A stretch of 64,000 nt of DNA from Selaginella moellendorffii (taxonomy: Eukaryota; Plantae; Lycopodiophyta), in assembly GCF_000143415.4 (NCBI RefSeq), contig NW_003314277.1, positions 1,873,185 to 1,937,184 of the forward strand, in the 5' to 3' direction. Positions within the stretch are counted from its first letter, which is position 1. Each line of letters begins with the position of its first letter. This document shows positions 61,922 through 64,000 of the stretch, one piece after another. The position numbers and the translations under genes are program-made. The notes beneath the pieces are model-generated. The model saw only the letters and a list, made by a program, of their open reading frames with translations. It searched no databases and was not told the origin of the DNA.

Positions 61922-62199
61922 CAGGAAGACTGTGAAAAAAGAAAACCAAGCAAAAAACTAATAACATGAGAAAAAAGAACTTTGAAGAATGGCCATTTCT
62001 GTTTAAATGCCATTAACTATGTTTTAATCTCTAAATGATATAGCACCAAAGGATTAAAACATGTAGTGTATTTCACAGAGCGATCACATATTTTATCAAC
62101 CAATCATATGTTCTATATAACATGAGAAAAAAGAACGTTGAAGAGCTGAGATGCAATCGCAAATCTTGTCTTGGCACAAATCTCCTTAACTACCTGTGT

Positions 62200-63500
62200 A
62201 CACCTGCGTTATGCCACTCAACGACACCATTTAGAGCTTTCTCATACTGTCCATGAGATGGAGACTGAGATCCTTGTACGTGATCGTGTTGCTTGCGACA
62301 TCAAACTCAAGAAACCCGCGATACTTTGAATCCATACAAACCAACTTGTTTTGGACAAGTCTCAGTGTGTTGGCTCGGCCCCATTTCGCCTAGGCCCCGA
62401 GCGAAGGTGTAGACGTTGCCCTCCAAGGACCACACTACCACCTTGAACTCCTACTGCTGGCAAAAGATTTGTGCCAGGTAGTTTAGCTTAAATCACCCTT
62501 AAACCTGTAATTAATACTATCTCCCTAATTAAAGTTATAGTAAATCTGTTTTTAAATTTTGGTGATACGGATCATCATTTTCTCAGGAACTTCTTTTGCT
62601 CAGCATACTTTTTCTCAGAAGGCTTTGCTTGGTTGTTTTTCAGGTGGAGCTCGGGTATGCTGTAAAACTGTTTGGCTTCTTTTTCTCAGCGTCCAAAAGA
62701 CGTTGGCTCGAGCTTTGCTTTCCGGCACATTTGCGCTGCCGTGTGCTTCTGTGAAGGTGTTTAGTCGAGCCGCTTGAAAGACATGAGGCTTGGTTGGATC
62801 CTCAAGGAACACTTGATCCCTGGAATGAGCTCACGTTCCAGGCTCGAAACACAAACATCCGCTCCTGGGCGACGGCCGACAACATCCTTCACCACCCTCG
62901 CAAACTTGCCTCCAGCTGATGGCATCAGCCAAAAATCCGCGAAAAAACTCTGAGTTCCCGGTGCAGAAAACAATGAGATGCTTCGCCACCACCGTGTACT
63001 GATCGTCTTCCTCTTATCCAAGCAAACTCGCACAAAAACTCTCCAGCACGGATGGCTGGAGCAGCGCTCTAGCTGACGATTGCCAAGATCTCACATCGCC
63101 GTGGCAGCTTTCTCAAGCTCCTCCAAGCTTGGAACGCCATCGCCATCCTTGGGAGCCCAAACTTTCCATCCCAGCACCTCGTCCTGCAGTTTCCATGGGG
63201 TAGAACTGCCCAGCTCTCATGACCATCCGAGTCCAGCACGTCTGTGTTCGTGGTGCCCTTGAGCTGTCATGGGTCGTAAGGATCGATGTCTAGTGTCTGG
63301 TCCAGTTTGTAATTTCTCCTCTATGAGCATGCTGTGCACTTGCAAAGCCAATGCACTTGCACTTGTAAAAGCTGTGACAAAGACCTTTGATGTGCCTTGC
63401 TCGTCTTTCACAAGAAACTGGAGGGATTACATGACCACGTCTGGAGCAAAGCTTGTAATGGCTCAAAGCAAACAAAGCAATGCTTTCAGTTCAATCTAAA
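62200..63500 (-). pseudogene. Unidentified coding-like remnants, plus a ~45-bp duplicated THFS acceptor/exon piece at 62620-62665 (+)
   Basis: GC-richer stretch with broken ORFs. gctttgcttggttg...caggtggagctcgggtatgctgt repeats 61403-61456. Confidence 0.35.
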
Positions 63501-64000
63501 TAAAGTAAGAGCATGGTAATGACTATTTAAACCAATAAATTTATCTCTATAATCTTGATTTATCCACTAGTGTATTATTGATTAGCCTATTTGCAGTAAA
63601 CCTAATAAAAGTTTATTTTTACCCATGGTATATAGAATAACTCATGGTAACCAATGATATATTAATATTAATTCTACCAACTCAAAGTGTAACCTAAGTT
63701 GTTAAATTGCAAATGCAAACTCATACAAATGATACATCTCAATCCGTCTTATGAACTCAAGTATAAGCTTATATAATATGATACAAGAAGGTAATTAAAA
63801 ATCCATACCCTAAAAACGAATGCGAAATTATAACGCCCAAATGTGTACCCATTCGAATCATTGTCTTCATCTCTGTGTATACAATAAAATTAATTACTCA
63901 ATCTCATTAGATAATACTTGCTAAGATTTATCCTTTGATACTAAATGTAGCATATGTGGTTTTCACTATTTATCCTAAGATGATTTCACGAAACAAAACT

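Overview
Gene-dense eukaryotic nuclear DNA with many short (~50-80 nt) GT-AG introns. The gene content points to a seed-free land plant with flagellated sperm; the lycophyte Selaginella is the best guess (inferred from intron size, a ciliary CCDC103 gene and a Hog-domain gene). About 19 apparently intact protein genes are present: a plant protein of unknown function, BRIZ2-like RING/ZnF-UBP, a DUF26-like ORF, a GDSL lipase, a YTHDC-type m6A reader, VAP27, an aspartic protease, a CRLK1-like kinase, two tandem SMC6 paralogues, MIF/MDL1, a stellacyanin, a Uma2-like PD-(D/E)xK nuclease, a Hint/Hog autoprocessing protein, an SCPL, a SEC14/SFH, CCDC103, an ENODL, a trihelix factor and formate-THF ligase. 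There is also an intron-containing tRNA-Met. Two rearranged regions (about 4-11 kb and 35-48 kb) hold duplicated gene fragments, fold-back elements, a decayed Ty3/Gypsy element with a nested MITE, a TA-rich microsatellite and a 100-N gap. The strongest candidate for a new system is 34178-35133: a secreted 29-aa Pro-rich peptide fused directly to a Hedgehog-type Hint plus adduct-recognition domain, which could release a self-lipidated glycopeptide. Also notable are an intact-looking SMC6 paralogue with a clean 7-aa R-loop deletion and an intronless Uma2-like nuclease that sits head-to-head with the Hog gene. Exon boundaries were read by eye and no database searches were run.
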